Program-made: the position numbers and the translations under genes
The notes under the pieces: generated by a model
What the model was told of the DNA's origin: nothing
Database searches by the model: none
The model's input: the letters and a program-made list of their open reading frames with translations, nothing else
DNA from: Alphaproteobacteria bacterium
Lineage (GTDB): Bacteria; Pseudomonadota; Alphaproteobacteria; Rs-D84; SZUA-605
DNA length: 64,000 nucleotides
NCBI GenBank assembly: GCA_031549385.1
Contig: JAVBPW010000001.1
Location: forward strand, 160,001-224,000
Direction: 5' to 3'
In this document: in pieces, positions 47,285 to 57,985 of the stretch
Layout of the letters: every line of letters begins with the position of its first letter
Position numbering within the stretch: the first letter of the stretch is position 1

Positions 47285-48055
47285 TTAGAATTCAACCCCA
47301 ACTCTCATACCAAAAGTTGTTTCATCTTCTTCTGCTTCTGCATCATATGCAATATAGCCTGATAACATGATATTTGATTTTATAGAATAATTTAACTTTG
47401 TGCCAAAAATTGTTTTATCAAGCACATTTTCTTGAGATTCATAACGATCTAATGAGAAGTTTAATGATACTAAATCTTCTACTAATTGAAATGCAACTTC
47501 TGCTCCAATATTTAATGCTGATAAATCATCCCCATCAAGATAGTGTCCATTTAATCTTGGATCAGAAAAGTAATAATTATATCCAAATCTTGCCGCAATC
47601 AAAATTGACTTTCTGATTTTTTCTCCTAATCGTACTCCTAAATAAAGTGAGTTATCACTTTTTCCATAGCTTGTTGGATTCTGCTCAAACACTTGTCCAT
47701 GAGCATATTTTTTTGAAATATTTGTGCTGAATCTTGTTTCAATATCAAATTTGAATTTTTCATCTATTACACGGAAATTAGCTCCAACTAATAAATCTGA
47801 TAATGATTGATCTTCACCCATTATTTTGTCACCAAATGATAGACCTAATTTTTGATAAACCATTATATTTTTTGTTATTCCATATCCAAATTCTTCACCA
47901 AATACTACATCTGTGTGATTGTGTGTTGGAATTTCTATTATACCTTTAGCATAGAACTTTCCTTTTGTTGTCATATATAATGGATTTTCTAAATTAACAG
48001 CGAAAGCAGGTGTTATGAAAGATCCAGCGATCGCTAATAGTAAATATTTTTTCAT
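47285..48055 (-). CDS. Outer-membrane beta-barrel protein
   Basis: Signal peptide, NLENPLY start, terminal FGMRVGVEF. Confidence 0.8.
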   Translation of the reverse strand: MKKYLLLAIAGSFITPAFAVNLENPLYMTTKGKFYAKGIIEIPTHNHTDVVFGEEFGYGITKNIMVYQKLGLSFGDKIMGEDQSLSDLLVGANFRVIDEKFKFDIETRFSTNISKKYAHGQVFEQNPTSYGKSDNSLYLGVRLGEKIRKSILIAARFGYNYYFSDPRLNGHYLDGDDLSALNIGAEVAFQLVEDLVSLNFSLDRYESQENVLDKTIFGTKLNYSIKSNIMLSGYIAYDAEAEEDETTFGMRVGVEF

Positions 48056-48071
48056 CGTATTCCCCTTTTAT

Positions 48072-49406
48072 TTATTCGTAACTTAATAAGTGCACGAACT
48101 TAATGAACTTTTGATTTAAAAGAGCAAATTGAGTATCTATATCATTTTTCTTTGCAAGAAAACGATCAAGCTCTGCGTCTTTCAAATTGCTTATAGATGG
48201 CATCTTTACAGTAATTGGATTTACATGAACACCATTTTTAATTATTTCATAATGTAAATGAGGGCCTGTTGAAATTCCAGTTGAACCTACATATCCTACT
48301 ATTTGACCTTGCTTTACACGAGTTCCTGAAACTACTCCACTTTTAAAGCTACTCATATGAGCATAAGCAGTTGCATATGAACCATTGTGGCGAATCTTTA
48401 TATAATTACCATATCCACCTTTTGTGCCTCTGAATTCTACTACACCATCACCTGCTGCTGGAATTGGAGTTCCTGAAGGTGCTGCAAAGTCTACACCTTT
48501 ATGTTGTCTTGTAAATCCAAGAACTGGGTGACGACGTGATCCGTATGATGATGAAATTCTTGCTCCGTTAATAGGTGTTTTCTTTAAAGCTTTTTGTGCT
48601 CCATTTCCTTTAGAATCATAATAACCTACTTTACCATCTTCTGTTGTATGTCGATAGATTTCTATTGGTTTAAAATAACTTTTGTAGTTTCCATAAATTA
48701 ACGCACCTTCACCAATATATGTTCCATTTGGTGAATATTTTTCTTCATATAAAATTGAAAAAGTGTCCCCATCTCTTACATCACGAGCAAAGTCTAAATC
48801 GAAAGCAAAGATATCATAAAATGCTGCAATAATGTTATATGGGATATTTTGAGCTGATGCTACTTCAATAAAACTTTGACCTTGGCCAATAGTTCCTTCT
48901 TTTCTTACTAATTTTGTTGTTGCTGTTTGAGTTTTCTTTGATGATACAAAAACATCACCTGATTTTGATGTTTGGATTTTTTCAAGTTGAGAACGAATTA
49001 TTTCTAATTTTACTACATTGATAGTATTTTGTTCACCATCTTGATAATAGATTACTATCTTATCACCAATTTTATTTTTCTCACTTGGTTGCAATGTTCT
49101 TATGTCAAATACACCTTTAAATGATTCCAAAATTTCTTTTGTCTGTTCTTGTTGAACACCTGCTTTTAACATAAGGGAAGAAAATGTATCACCTGATACA
49201 ACTGTTAATTCAATTTTTTTTGATTGAACAAGAGTTGAAAGAGATGAAAAGAATTTTTTACTGCTTTCTTTTTCCTCGTTAGTTGGTGTAGTTGGAGTTG
49301 ATATAGACTCCTTTGATGGAGATACTATAAAAATTAATACGCTAACAATCCCTATTAAAATACTGAGGGAAATATATTTGATGTACTTTTGGACAAACTT
49401 TTTCAT
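48072..49406 (-). CDS. M23 murein DD-endopeptidase (MepM-like)
   Basis: HKGVDFAA, YAHM, STGPHLHYE. Confidence 0.93.
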   Translation of the reverse strand: MKKFVQKYIKYISLSILIGIVSVLIFIVSPSKESISTPTTPTNEEKESSKKFFSSLSTLVQSKKIELTVVSGDTFSSLMLKAGVQQEQTKEILESFKGVFDIRTLQPSEKNKIGDKIVIYYQDGEQNTINVVKLEIIRSQLEKIQTSKSGDVFVSSKKTQTATTKLVRKEGTIGQGQSFIEVASAQNIPYNIIAAFYDIFAFDLDFARDVRDGDTFSILYEEKYSPNGTYIGEGALIYGNYKSYFKPIEIYRHTTEDGKVGYYDSKGNGAQKALKKTPINGARISSSYGSRRHPVLGFTRQHKGVDFAAPSGTPIPAAGDGVVEFRGTKGGYGNYIKIRHNGSYATAYAHMSSFKSGVVSGTRVKQGQIVGYVGSTGISTGPHLHYEIIKNGVHVNPITVKMPSISNLKDAELDRFLAKKNDIDTQFALLNQKFIKFVHLLSYE

Positions 49407-49447
49407 GAGATTTATTATACCACTTTATTTTGAAAAATTCAACAATT

Positions 49448-49858
49448 CTATGCAGATTCCATTAATTTTTTTGCACTTTCTTGTATGTTTTTGATTAATG
49501 AGATAATTCCATTTTGGCGAGCACTGGTAAGGAGTTCGTTTAAGCCTAGTTCTTTTAAAAGATTCATAAAATCAAATTCTAAAATTGTTTCTGGAGTCTT
49601 GCCTTCAACTGTTATATGAAAAATATATAACACTCCATTTAAAATTTGCGAATCTGAATAAAAATAGCTTTTTATTTTATCGTTATCTTTTATTAAAATA
49701 GAATAAACTTTTGATGAACATCCTTGAACTAAACATTCATCTTTTTTACATTCTGTTGGAATTACTGGAAGTAATTTTGCTAAATCTAGTAAATAATTAT
49801 ATTTATCTTCTGTTGTTTCCAGATATGAGAAATTTTGTTTTAATTCTTGTAGTGTCAT
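49448..49858 (-). CDS. sufE: SufE sulfur acceptor
   Basis: VQGCSSKVY, SDSQILNG, RQNG. Confidence 0.9.
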   Translation of the reverse strand: MTLQELKQNFSYLETTEDKYNYLLDLAKLLPVIPTECKKDECLVQGCSSKVYSILIKDNDKIKSYFYSDSQILNGVLYIFHITVEGKTPETILEFDFMNLLKELGLNELLTSARQNGIISLIKNIQESAKKLMESA

Positions 49859-50220
49859 ATTAAATCCAAATCAAATTTTGCGCTCTCAGACATCATAGAA
49901 ATATCCCAAGCTGGTTCATAAGTTAATTTTACAGATACAGTTCCTACATTTTTTAAATCTGAAACTGCTAATGCTACTAATTGTGGCATTATATCTGCAT
50001 ATGGGCAAGTTGGAGAAGTTAGAGTCATTAAAATATCTACATCACCATTTTTCTTTAGGTCTATATTGTAAATTAAACCAAGTGAATATAGGTCTATGCC
50101 AACATCTGGATCTTGAACTGTTTTTATAGCATTAATTATTTGTTCCTTGTCAGAAATTGGTTTTATATCTGGAGGAATTTTTTTTTCTATAAAAGCTGAC
50201 GGAAGCGGTTTATTTGTCAT
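49855..50220 (-). CDS. DUF59/SufT-like Fe-S assembly protein
   Basis: DPDVGIDLYSLGLIY, MTLTSPTCP, EPAW. Confidence 0.9.
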   Translation of the reverse strand: MTNKPLPSAFIEKKIPPDIKPISDKEQIINAIKTVQDPDVGIDLYSLGLIYNIDLKKNGDVDILMTLTSPTCPYADIMPQLVALAVSDLKNVGTVSVKLTYEPAWDISMMSESAKFDLDLI

Positions 50221-51361
50221 AACCTAAGACCTTTAAAGCTTGTTTTAATTTTTCTGTTGCTTTTTTTATATCATCTTCATCATTATATACACCAAAAGAA
50301 ATTCTTAAAGTCGATGGGATTTTTAAATAATGATGCAATGGAGCACAACAATGAGTTCCACTTCTTATATATACTCCCATATTTCCTAATAAAAGAGAAA
50401 TATCATAGGAAGCTATTTTATCAAAATAAAAACATATACAACCAGCTTCTGGCTCGCCTACTATTTTGGCGCCTAATGACAAAAGTTCTTTTTTTGCTTT
50501 TGATACTAATTTTTTTGAATAGGACAAATCTTGCTTGTTTAAAAATTCTATTGCTGATTTTAATGATATGATTTCTGGTATAGCTAATGTACCTGCTTCA
50601 TAAACTTGTGGCGATGATACAAAATTTGGAATATTGTCTTTTACATCACTTACTGTTCCACCACCTGTACGGTAATTGTTTTCAAAAGGTTCTTTAGAAT
50701 ATAAAATTCCTACCCCAAATGGACCATATATTTTATGAGCAGAAAAAACTAAGAAATCACAATCCAAATCTTTTACATTGATTTTTTCATTAGCGATTAA
50801 TTGGGTTGCGTCTATTAAAATTTTAGCACCGTAAGTGTGTGATAAACGAATCATTTCTTTTATTGGCTGAATTCGACCTATACAATTAGAAAAACCGGTT
50901 ATTGATACAAATTTTACCTTGTTTTTTGATAAAAGTTCTTTGAAATTTTTTAAATCTATATCACCATTTTCATCCAATTTACAAACTAATAAATTATTTT
51001 TGAATTTTGTTACAAATGGAAGATAGTTTGAATGATGTTCCAAATAACTTACTAATATTTTTTCATCTTTTTTTAGATTTATTGATAAAGATACAAAATT
51101 AATTCCATCTGTTGCTGATTGAGTAAATATTATATTTTCATCTTTACATGATAAATAATTTGCAACAGCATTTCTTGTTTCATTTATGGCAGATTGATTT
51201 TTTGAAGCTAATAGGTATGATGACCTTGAAACATTACTTGTATTTATATAGGCATTATTTAAAGCTTTTAATACAATTTCCGGCTTTTGAGTGGTTGCTG
51301 CTGAATCTAAATAAACCAAATCGTTGTTTTTAAAAAATGGAAACAATTCTTTTTGGGTCAT
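50210..51361 (-). CDS. sufS: SufS-type cysteine desulfurase
   Basis: YLDSAATTQKP, EHHSN, SAHK.YGP, RSGTHCC. Confidence 0.9.
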   Translation of the reverse strand: MTQKELFPFFKNNDLVYLDSAATTQKPEIVLKALNNAYINTSNVSRSSYLLASKNQSAINETRNAVANYLSCKDENIIFTQSATDGINFVSLSINLKKDEKILVSYLEHHSNYLPFVTKFKNNLLVCKLDENGDIDLKNFKELLSKNKVKFVSITGFSNCIGRIQPIKEMIRLSHTYGAKILIDATQLIANEKINVKDLDCDFLVFSAHKIYGPFGVGILYSKEPFENNYRTGGGTVSDVKDNIPNFVSSPQVYEAGTLAIPEIISLKSAIEFLNKQDLSYSKKLVSKAKKELLSLGAKIVGEPEAGCICFYFDKIASYDISLLLGNMGVYIRSGTHCCAPLHHYLKIPSTLRISFGVYNDEDDIKKATEKLKQALKVLGYDK

Positions 51362-51453
51362 TTTTCCGAGTCCTTTTATTTTGTATTGACATCTGGTTCT
51401 ATTTAGAATAATGTAGTGAGAAATTATTAAAAATCAATAAAAAAGAGAGGTTT

Positions 51454-51765
51454 ATGATGGTACACACAACTAATGCTAATACTTTTGAAAATGATACAAA
51501 AAGTGGTATAGTCCTTGTTGACTTTTGGGCTGAGTGGTGTGGACCTTGCAGAATGATGCATCCAGTGCTTGAAGAAATTTCTGAAGAACTTCCTAATGTA
51601 GTGATTTTTAAGCTTAATATTGAAGAAAACAAAGAATTAACTTCTGCTTTTAAAATTATGTCTATTCCTGCTTTCCTTTTGTTCAAAGATGGCAAACACA
51701 TTGATACCCTTATTGGTGGACATGATAAAGAAGAAATGATTGATTGGATCAATCAGAACGTTTAA
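51454..51765 (+). CDS. trxA: Thioredoxin
   Basis: DFWAEWCGPC. Confidence 0.95.
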   Translation: MMVHTTNANTFENDTKSGIVLVDFWAEWCGPCRMMHPVLEEISEELPNVVIFKLNIEENKELTSAFKIMSIPAFLLFKDGKHIDTLIGGHDKEEMIDWINQNV

Positions 51766-51789
51766 GCAGATTTAAAAAGGGGAATTACC

Positions 51790-52224
51790 ATGATGAACGA
51801 TAAATTAACAGAATTGCCTAACGGATATATACCTTCTGAAAAAGAAGAATATATGAATGTTAACCAACTTGAATATTTCAGACGTAAATTATTTTCTTGG
51901 AAAGAAGAAGTTTTAAATAATTCAAAAGAATCTTTTGAAGAATTAAAAGATAATAATGAAGCTGGTGGAGATTCTAAAGATGAAGGCGATAGTGCTGACA
52001 GTGAAACAAATCGTCAATTGAGTTTAAGAAAAATTGATAGAGATAATAAGCTTATTAAACAAATTGATTCTGCATTAGATAGAATTAAAAATGGTACTTT
52101 TGGATATTGTATCGTAACTGGTGATAAAATCGGTATTGCACGTTTAGAAGTTAGACCTATTGCAAAAATGACAATAGAAGCTCAAGAAGAACACGAAGAA
52201 CAAGAAAAGTTTAGAGAAGATTAA
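51790..52224 (+). CDS. dksA: RNA polymerase-binding protein DksA
   Basis: EEYM..QLEYFR, DEGDSA, GYC..TG..IG..RL..RP. Confidence 0.93.
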   Translation: MMNDKLTELPNGYIPSEKEEYMNVNQLEYFRRKLFSWKEEVLNNSKESFEELKDNNEAGGDSKDEGDSADSETNRQLSLRKIDRDNKLIKQIDSALDRIKNGTFGYCIVTGDKIGIARLEVRPIAKMTIEAQEEHEEQEKFRED

Positions 52225-52610
52225 TATTCTATTATAACAAAAGAAACTACTGTTTCTTTTTCATCAGATAATGAAAGGTGTATTTTTGCACCTTTTATTT
52301 TTTTTGATACATATTTTTTAGTATTTCCTAATAACTCAATTGATGGAGCTCCTAAATCATCATGAATGATTTGAATTTCTTTAAAACAAATATCACCTCT
52401 TATCCCTGTTCTAAGCGCTTTTGAAAAAGCTTCTTTTACACAGAATAATTTTGCTATTTGTCGGGTTTTGGCATCATTTGTTTTTAATTCACTTATTTGT
52501 TTTACTTCTTTTTGGGATAATATTCTTGATGGAAAAAAATCTTTATGTTTCTTAAAAACTTTTTCAATTCTTTCTATTTCAACTATGTCAGTTCCAATCC
52601 CATATATCAT
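52221..52610 (-). CDS. acpS: Holo-ACP synthase
   Basis: GIGTDIVEI.RI, KEAFSKA..TG, LSLSDE. Confidence 0.93.
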   Translation of the reverse strand: MIYGIGTDIVEIERIEKVFKKHKDFFPSRILSQKEVKQISELKTNDAKTRQIAKLFCVKEAFSKALRTGIRGDICFKEIQIIHDDLGAPSIELLGNTKKYVSKKIKGAKIHLSLSDEKETVVSFVIIEY

Positions 52611-53194
52611 TTCTTTTTACCTTGCTTGTTTTTTAAATAGCTTTTTCTAAGTTCTTGATATTTTTTTATATTAAAGCATGAAATTTTATAACTTACTATA
52701 TATGTTATTATAACCAATGGAATACATCCAATCAACATAGGAAACCAAATTTTAAATACTTCTGTTTTAAATAATATATAATCAAGATTTAATATAGACT
52801 TTATGAATGAACCAAATAATTCTATAAATATTAAAGGTGTTGGAAATTGTTCCAATCTGTATGATGGCATGATTAATATTCCTGTCATGTATATTAAATA
52901 CCATATAAATGGAAATGTTATTGGATTTCCTATTAGGGAACTTATATAAGCTGCAATTATATTTCCTCTGAATATTAAACAAAGAATCGAAATTATACCC
53001 ATATGAAGACCTATAAATGGGGTAAATGATACCGCTATACCAAAAGCTATTCCTTTTGCTATTGTAGATTCTTTATCTGATATTCTTGCTATTGTTAAGG
53101 CGTGATATTTTGTCGTACGAAAAAAACCCATTTTGGGATATATATAATTTCTTACTCTTTCCCAAAAATGAAGTGGTTCTTTTCGTTTAAACAA
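52607..53194 (-). CDS. DUF2062-like membrane protein
   Basis: IAKGIAFG..FTPFIGLH, GNPITFP. Confidence 0.8.
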   Translation of the reverse strand: MFKRKEPLHFWERVRNYIYPKMGFFRTTKYHALTIARISDKESTIAKGIAFGIAVSFTPFIGLHMGIISILCLIFRGNIIAAYISSLIGNPITFPFIWYLIYMTGILIMPSYRLEQFPTPLIFIELFGSFIKSILNLDYILFKTEVFKIWFPMLIGCIPLVIITYIVSYKISCFNIKKYQELRKSYLKNKQGKKK

Positions 53195-53653
53195 CTATTC
53201 TTCCTTTGGTTCAATATGGATAGCACTTACAATTGCTTGAGCTGCTACTCTATCACCTACTTTTGCAACAGCGCTATATTTCCATATATTTCTTCTTTTT
53301 TGAATTTTTTCAACATATATTTCTACTGTATCACCTGGTAAAACTTGGCTTCTGAATTTTGCGCTTTCAATTGATGTAAATAACATCAAAGCACCTTTGC
53401 TTTTTACTGCATGACAACCAACAATTCCTGCTGATTGAGCCATAGCTTCAATTACTAATACTCCTGGGCAAATTGGATTGCCTGGGAAGTGTCCTTTAAA
53501 GAAGTATTCATCACCTGTTAGTTTCCATATACCAACACCTCTTTCTTCACCTTCAACATCGCGCATTTCTGTGATAAATAAAAAGGGATCTCTGTGAGGG
53601 AGATAATTTTTTATTTGTTCTAGCCCTATGTTTTCTTTTATAACTTCAGTCAT
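53195..53653 (-). CDS. fabZ: 3-hydroxyacyl-ACP dehydratase FabZ
   Basis: LPHR.PF, FFKGHFPG.P..PGVLVIEAMAQ. Confidence 0.96.
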   Translation of the reverse strand: MTEVIKENIGLEQIKNYLPHRDPFLFITEMRDVEGEERGVGIWKLTGDEYFFKGHFPGNPICPGVLVIEAMAQSAGIVGCHAVKSKGALMLFTSIESAKFRSQVLPGDTVEIYVEKIQKRRNIWKYSAVAKVGDRVAAQAIVSAIHIEPKEE

Positions 53654-53657
53654 TGTT

Positions 53658-54701
53658 TTACTTTCCTTGTTTAATAAATTGACGTGTTAATGCTGTTAAT
53701 TTGAAAAAATCTCTTACATTTATTCCTGGTGAACCCATTATTTTTGAATGAGGAGCTACATCTGCCATTATACCTGATTGTGCTCCTATTTGAGCAAATG
53801 AACCTACTGTTAAATGTCCACCCAAGCCAGCTTGGCCTCCACATATCACAAAATCACCAAGAATTGTATTTCCTGCTAATCCTACTTGCCCACATAGTAA
53901 ACAATGTTTTCCTATTACACAACCATGACCTACCATTACAAGGTCGTCTATTTTTGTACCTTGGCCTACAAATGTATCGTCTAATGCACCTCTGTCAACA
54001 CATGAACCTGCACCAACTTCTACATCATCTTCTAATATTACTCTTCCAATTTGAGGCACATATTTATGCCCTTGTTCATTTGATTCATAACCAAAGCCTG
54101 CTGCACCTATTTGACATAATCTGCTAAATACACAATTATTTCCAATAATTGCATGAGAAATTACTACAAGTGATTCTATTTTAACATTATCGCCAATTAT
54201 GCAATCTGATTTAATTACAGAATTTGCTTGAATTATTGTATTTGAACCAATTTCTACATTATCTTCAATGACTACATTCTCACCAATAAATACTTTTGAT
54301 TTATCTTTAAATTTTACTGATGGTGATATTTTTGCAGATGAAGCAATTGAGTATTCTGTTTCTTCTTTATACATTACTTCCAATGCTTTTAAAAATGCTT
54401 GTTTAGGATGTGAAGTTATTAATCCTGTTACATTCTTTGGTAAGTATTCTAAATCACTTTCTTTTACAAAAACAGCTAATGCTTTTGTGTTGTCTAAATC
54501 AACTTTTATTGTTGATATGAATTTTTGAACGAATCTTCCAACTTCAAAAAAACTTATATCGCTTTTTGTGGCACTTTTTAATGATGCGCAACCTGTTACA
54601 ATTTGAGAACCTGATTTATTATCTGTTAAATTAGCATTACAGAGCTTTGAAAGCTCTGTTAATGTAATTGTCTCAATTGTAAAGAATCTTTTGTCAGACA
54701 T
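53658..54701 (-). CDS. lpxD: UDP-3-O-acyl-glucosamine N-acyltransferase LpxD
   Basis: Hexapeptide repeats, [19 protein letters not shown]. Confidence 0.93.
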   Translation of the reverse strand: MSDKRFFTIETITLTELSKLCNANLTDNKSGSQIVTGCASLKSATKSDISFFEVGRFVQKFISTIKVDLDNTKALAVFVKESDLEYLPKNVTGLITSHPKQAFLKALEVMYKEETEYSIASSAKISPSVKFKDKSKVFIGENVVIEDNVEIGSNTIIQANSVIKSDCIIGDNVKIESLVVISHAIIGNNCVFSRLCQIGAAGFGYESNEQGHKYVPQIGRVILEDDVEVGAGSCVDRGALDDTFVGQGTKIDDLVMVGHGCVIGKHCLLCGQVGLAGNTILGDFVICGGQAGLGGHLTVGSFAQIGAQSGIMADVAPHSKIMGSPGINVRDFFKLTALTRQFIKQGK

Positions 54702-55960
54702 TATTTAGAACAACTTTGTAACTTGTTTGATAAATTATTAATATCATCACTTATATTACGGTATGAAGTTTTTCCAAATTCATCCTTCATAGTATATGTG
54801 ATTGATTTCTTTTCGAGATTTTTATGATCAAGAACAGTTCTTAAAATCTTCGCATCTCTTTTAATTCCATATGAGTTTTGACATGCACATTGATTTCTTG
54901 CTTCTTTTACTATATCCCAAGATTTTGATGCTCCGAATATATCTGCTATATCTTGGTCTGAATAAAACATACATAGTTCGCCAGCTTTATAGAAATTATA
55001 ATCATCAATTAAGAATTTATATGTATTATCTTTTCCATATTTTTCTTTCATGATATTTGTTATATATGTTCTGCAACAACTTTCAGATGTTTCTAATATT
55101 CTTTTGTAAGCATTCTTTGCATATGATAAATTTGGATCTGATAAACATACTGGAGATGGCACTGATGATAGATATGCTAATCCATCTACAATAGCTCCAT
55201 CAACTAATTGACCTTCTCTTTTTGGATTTACTTCGTATGTTACTGGTTTTGTTTCCCATACTTTTTCAAATTTTTCTTTTTCTTGTCTTCTTATTTTAGC
55301 TATAGCTGCATTTTGTTGTTCTTGTTCTGGAGATAAAACAACAACAACTGGTTGTTTTTTTTCTTCAATTTGTTTTAATGGAGACTTAGTTGGTCTTTTT
55401 GTTGCACAACATTTATCTTTTTTATTTTCACAGCAACAATCTTTTGCTTTTGCCTTTGGTTTAGCAGCTGGTTTTGGTTGTGGCTTTGGTTTAGGTTTTG
55501 CTTTATTGCAACAGTCTGGTTTTTTAGGACATGTTGTTTTGCATTCTGTTTTACATTCACAAGCAACAGCTTTTTTTGCAACTGGCTTCTTTTTTGCTGG
55601 AGGTGTTGCTTTTTTCTTTGCAATATCGCAACATGATTTTTTATCAGCACATTTCTTTTGGCATGGTTTTTTATTTCTGTTATCCAAAATTATATATGTG
55701 TCAGCTTTGTTATTACTTTTTAACTTAGGTTCTTCCTTTGTTGTTGTAATAACTTCTGTTGTTTCAATTTCTTTCTTACCACTGTTATCATACTCTTTAG
55801 TTTCTTTTATATCTTCATATGTTTCAACTTTCCCATTTTCAACAGTTCTAATTTCTGTTGCTTCAATATAATGTGAAGAATGACCATATAAATCATATTC
55901 TGGCGGCAAGTCGCAGCCAGATATGATTAGTAAAGAAACTAAAGGTAGATACTTTTTCAT
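54701..55960 (-). CDS. Lipoprotein with Cys/Lys/Pro-rich low-complexity segment
   Basis: ISGC lipobox; CC/CCC clusters among Lys runs; C-terminal Cys-containing domain. Confidence 0.8.
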   Translation of the reverse strand: MKKYLPLVSLLIISGCDLPPEYDLYGHSSHYIEATEIRTVENGKVETYEDIKETKEYDNSGKKEIETTEVITTTKEEPKLKSNNKADTYIILDNRNKKPCQKKCADKKSCCDIAKKKATPPAKKKPVAKKAVACECKTECKTTCPKKPDCCNKAKPKPKPQPKPAAKPKAKAKDCCCENKKDKCCATKRPTKSPLKQIEEKKQPVVVVLSPEQEQQNAAIAKIRRQEKEKFEKVWETKPVTYEVNPKREGQLVDGAIVDGLAYLSSVPSPVCLSDPNLSYAKNAYKRILETSESCCRTYITNIMKEKYGKDNTYKFLIDDYNFYKAGELCMFYSDQDIADIFGASKSWDIVKEARNQCACQNSYGIKRDAKILRTVLDHKNLEKKSITYTMKDEFGKTSYRNISDDINNLSNKLQSCSK

Positions 55961-55965
55961 TTAGA

Positions 55966-56574
55966 TTACATTCCTTTTGGAGTTTTCATTGAAACCTTTT
56001 TTACTTTTTGGTTTAATACTTTGATAACATCATCTGTGATATCAAGAGCTGGATTTAAGCTGATGATTTGTGCAGAATTCAAAATTACTGTAATTTCTTT
56101 TTTCTTTGCAATTGTTTCAATGATATCATTTAAGTATGTTTCTTGAACGTTTTGTAAAGCTTCACGGTAATTGTTTTCAATTGATTGAGCTTTTTCTTGA
56201 ATATCTTTTTGGAAATTCATTACTGATTGTTGGTATTCATTAACTTTCTTTTCAAGAACGTCTTTTGCCAATACAGCTTGTTTTTGTTCAATTTCTTTTT
56301 TTGCTTTGATTAATTCTTCTTCTTTCTTTTTTGCTTCTTTATTCAATTGTTCTGAATATTTTACACGTTGATCTGCAAGAGCTTTCAAAGCATCTGCTGT
56401 TTCATTGATTTTAATCATATTAATTGTTCCAAAATAGATTTGACCAACTGAAGTTACTGATGTTGTATCAATATCTTTGTATGGATCAGCTTTTGGTTTT
56501 AAGATTAAGTATGCACCGGCTACTACAACAGCAACTGCAATTATACCTGCGATTATTTTTGCATTTTTAGACAT
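55966..56574 (-). CDS. skp: OmpH/Skp periplasmic chaperone
   Basis: Long coiled coil, C-terminal DITDDVIKVLN; upstream of lpxD-fabZ. Confidence 0.85.
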   Translation of the reverse strand: MSKNAKIIAGIIAVAVVVAGAYLILKPKADPYKDIDTTSVTSVGQIYFGTINMIKINETADALKALADQRVKYSEQLNKEAKKKEEELIKAKKEIEQKQAVLAKDVLEKKVNEYQQSVMNFQKDIQEKAQSIENNYREALQNVQETYLNDIIETIAKKKEITVILNSAQIISLNPALDITDDVIKVLNQKVKKVSMKTPKGM

Positions 56575-56743
56575 TTAGTTCTCCTTTTAATTTTGTTTTT
56601 TTTATTATCAGATTCTATTCTACAATCTTGTTAAATTAAAATCAATATTTTATTTTTTAACAAAATAAGTTTGATTTTTCTTAACTTTATATAATATAAT
56701 GAATTTATTAATATACAAGAAAAATCTTTTTAAAGGATAATCT

Positions 56744-57157
56744 ATGACAATAAGAAAAATCACAATTGAAGAAAAAAAAGAAATCTTTTTGAAAATCTTA
56801 GAATCGACAGGTACTATTGTTTCTGGTTATGTTGCTAAAAACCAGTTAAACAAAAAAGAGTTAACAGATATTATAAATAGTGTTTATGATACATTAGAAA
56901 ACATATCTTTTAAAACTGTTAGATTGCATACTACTAATGTTGCTCCTGATAAAACTATTACTCCTGATTATATTGTTTGTTTAGAAGATGGAAAAAAGCT
57001 TAAAATGTTAAAAAGATATTTAGCTCGTAAATATGGCATGACACCTGAACAATATAGAAAGAAATGGAACTTAGATGACGATTATCCTATGACTGCTCCA
57101 AATTATACTAAAAAAAGATCTAAACTTGCTAAAAAAACTGGGTTGGGTAAAAAATAA
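56744..57157 (+). CDS. mucR: MucR/Ros-family regulator
   Basis: IVSGYV..N, ITPDYIVCLEDGKKLKMLKR...YPMTAPNY...GLG. Confidence 0.92.
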   Translation: MTIRKITIEEKKEIFLKILESTGTIVSGYVAKNQLNKKELTDIINSVYDTLENISFKTVRLHTTNVAPDKTITPDYIVCLEDGKKLKMLKRYLARKYGMTPEQYRKKWNLDDDYPMTAPNYTKKRSKLAKKTGLGKK

Positions 57158-57954
57158 TGATTTTTAATGCTAGTAATTTTAATTCTACTGCTTTTGAAAT
57201 TTTTGGATTTTCTATAAAATGGTATGGACTTGCATATATGCTTGCTTTTATAGGAGCATTGTATCTTATTACATACATAACAAAAAAAGAAAATAATAAA
57301 AAATTTAACAAAAAATTTTGGGATGAATTTTTATTTTATGTTGTTGCTGGAATTGTTATTGGTGGGCGATTAGGATATGTACTCTTTTATAATTTACCAC
57401 ATTATATATATAACCCATTAGATATTCTTGCTGTTTGGAATGGAGGAATGTCTTTTCATGGTGGTGGACTTGGTATGCTTGGAGCAGCTTTATTATTTTC
57501 TAAAAAACAAAAAGTTAGTTTCTGGCAGCTTTCTGATTACTTAATGATTGTTGCTCCTATCGGTCTTTTTTTAGGACGAATTGCAAATTTTGTCAATCAA
57601 GAACTTTATGGAAAATTTACTAATGGAAAATGGGGAGTGATTTTTAATAACGAAGAATTTCCAAGACACCCAACTCAACTTTATGAAGCTTTTTTAGAAG
57701 GTATTGTTTTATTTATAGCTATGCTTTTTTTATATAAGAAAACTAATGTTATGAAAAAACATGGAATGCTAACTGGAATTTTCTTTATATTATATGGTGT
57801 ATTAAGAACTGTTGTAGAATTATTTAGATTACCTGACACTCAACTTGGATATTTATTTGGAACTAATTGGCTTACTATGGGAATGGTTTTATGTTTTGCT
57901 ATGGTATTTGTTGGTTCTGGAATTATTTATTACTCAAATAAAAAACCAGCTTAA
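57157..57954 (+). CDS. lgt: Prolipoprotein diacylglyceryl transferase
   Basis: WYG, GGRLGY, GGMSFHGG, GRIANFVNQELYG, RHPTQLYEA. Confidence 0.97.
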   Translation: MIFNASNFNSTAFEIFGFSIKWYGLAYMLAFIGALYLITYITKKENNKKFNKKFWDEFLFYVVAGIVIGGRLGYVLFYNLPHYIYNPLDILAVWNGGMSFHGGGLGMLGAALLFSKKQKVSFWQLSDYLMIVAPIGLFLGRIANFVNQELYGKFTNGKWGVIFNNEEFPRHPTQLYEAFLEGIVLFIAMLFLYKKTNVMKKHGMLTGIFFILYGVLRTVVELFRLPDTQLGYLFGTNWLTMGMVLCFAMVFVGSGIIYYSNKKPA

Positions 57955-57985
57955 TGCTGGTCTTTAAATTTTAAACTAAATTATA

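Noticed and set aside
35284-51361. sufD separated from sufS-DUF59-sufE, with no sufB or sufC in view
   Set aside because: Operon scattering is common in rearranged low-GC genomes; the missing genes may lie outside the window.
51790-52224. DksA lacking the four-Cys zinc finger
   Set aside because: One-Cys DksA is the usual alphaproteobacterial form.
56744-57157. MucR with Tyr in place of the zinc-binding His residues
   Set aside because: Zinc-free MucR/Ml variants are already described.
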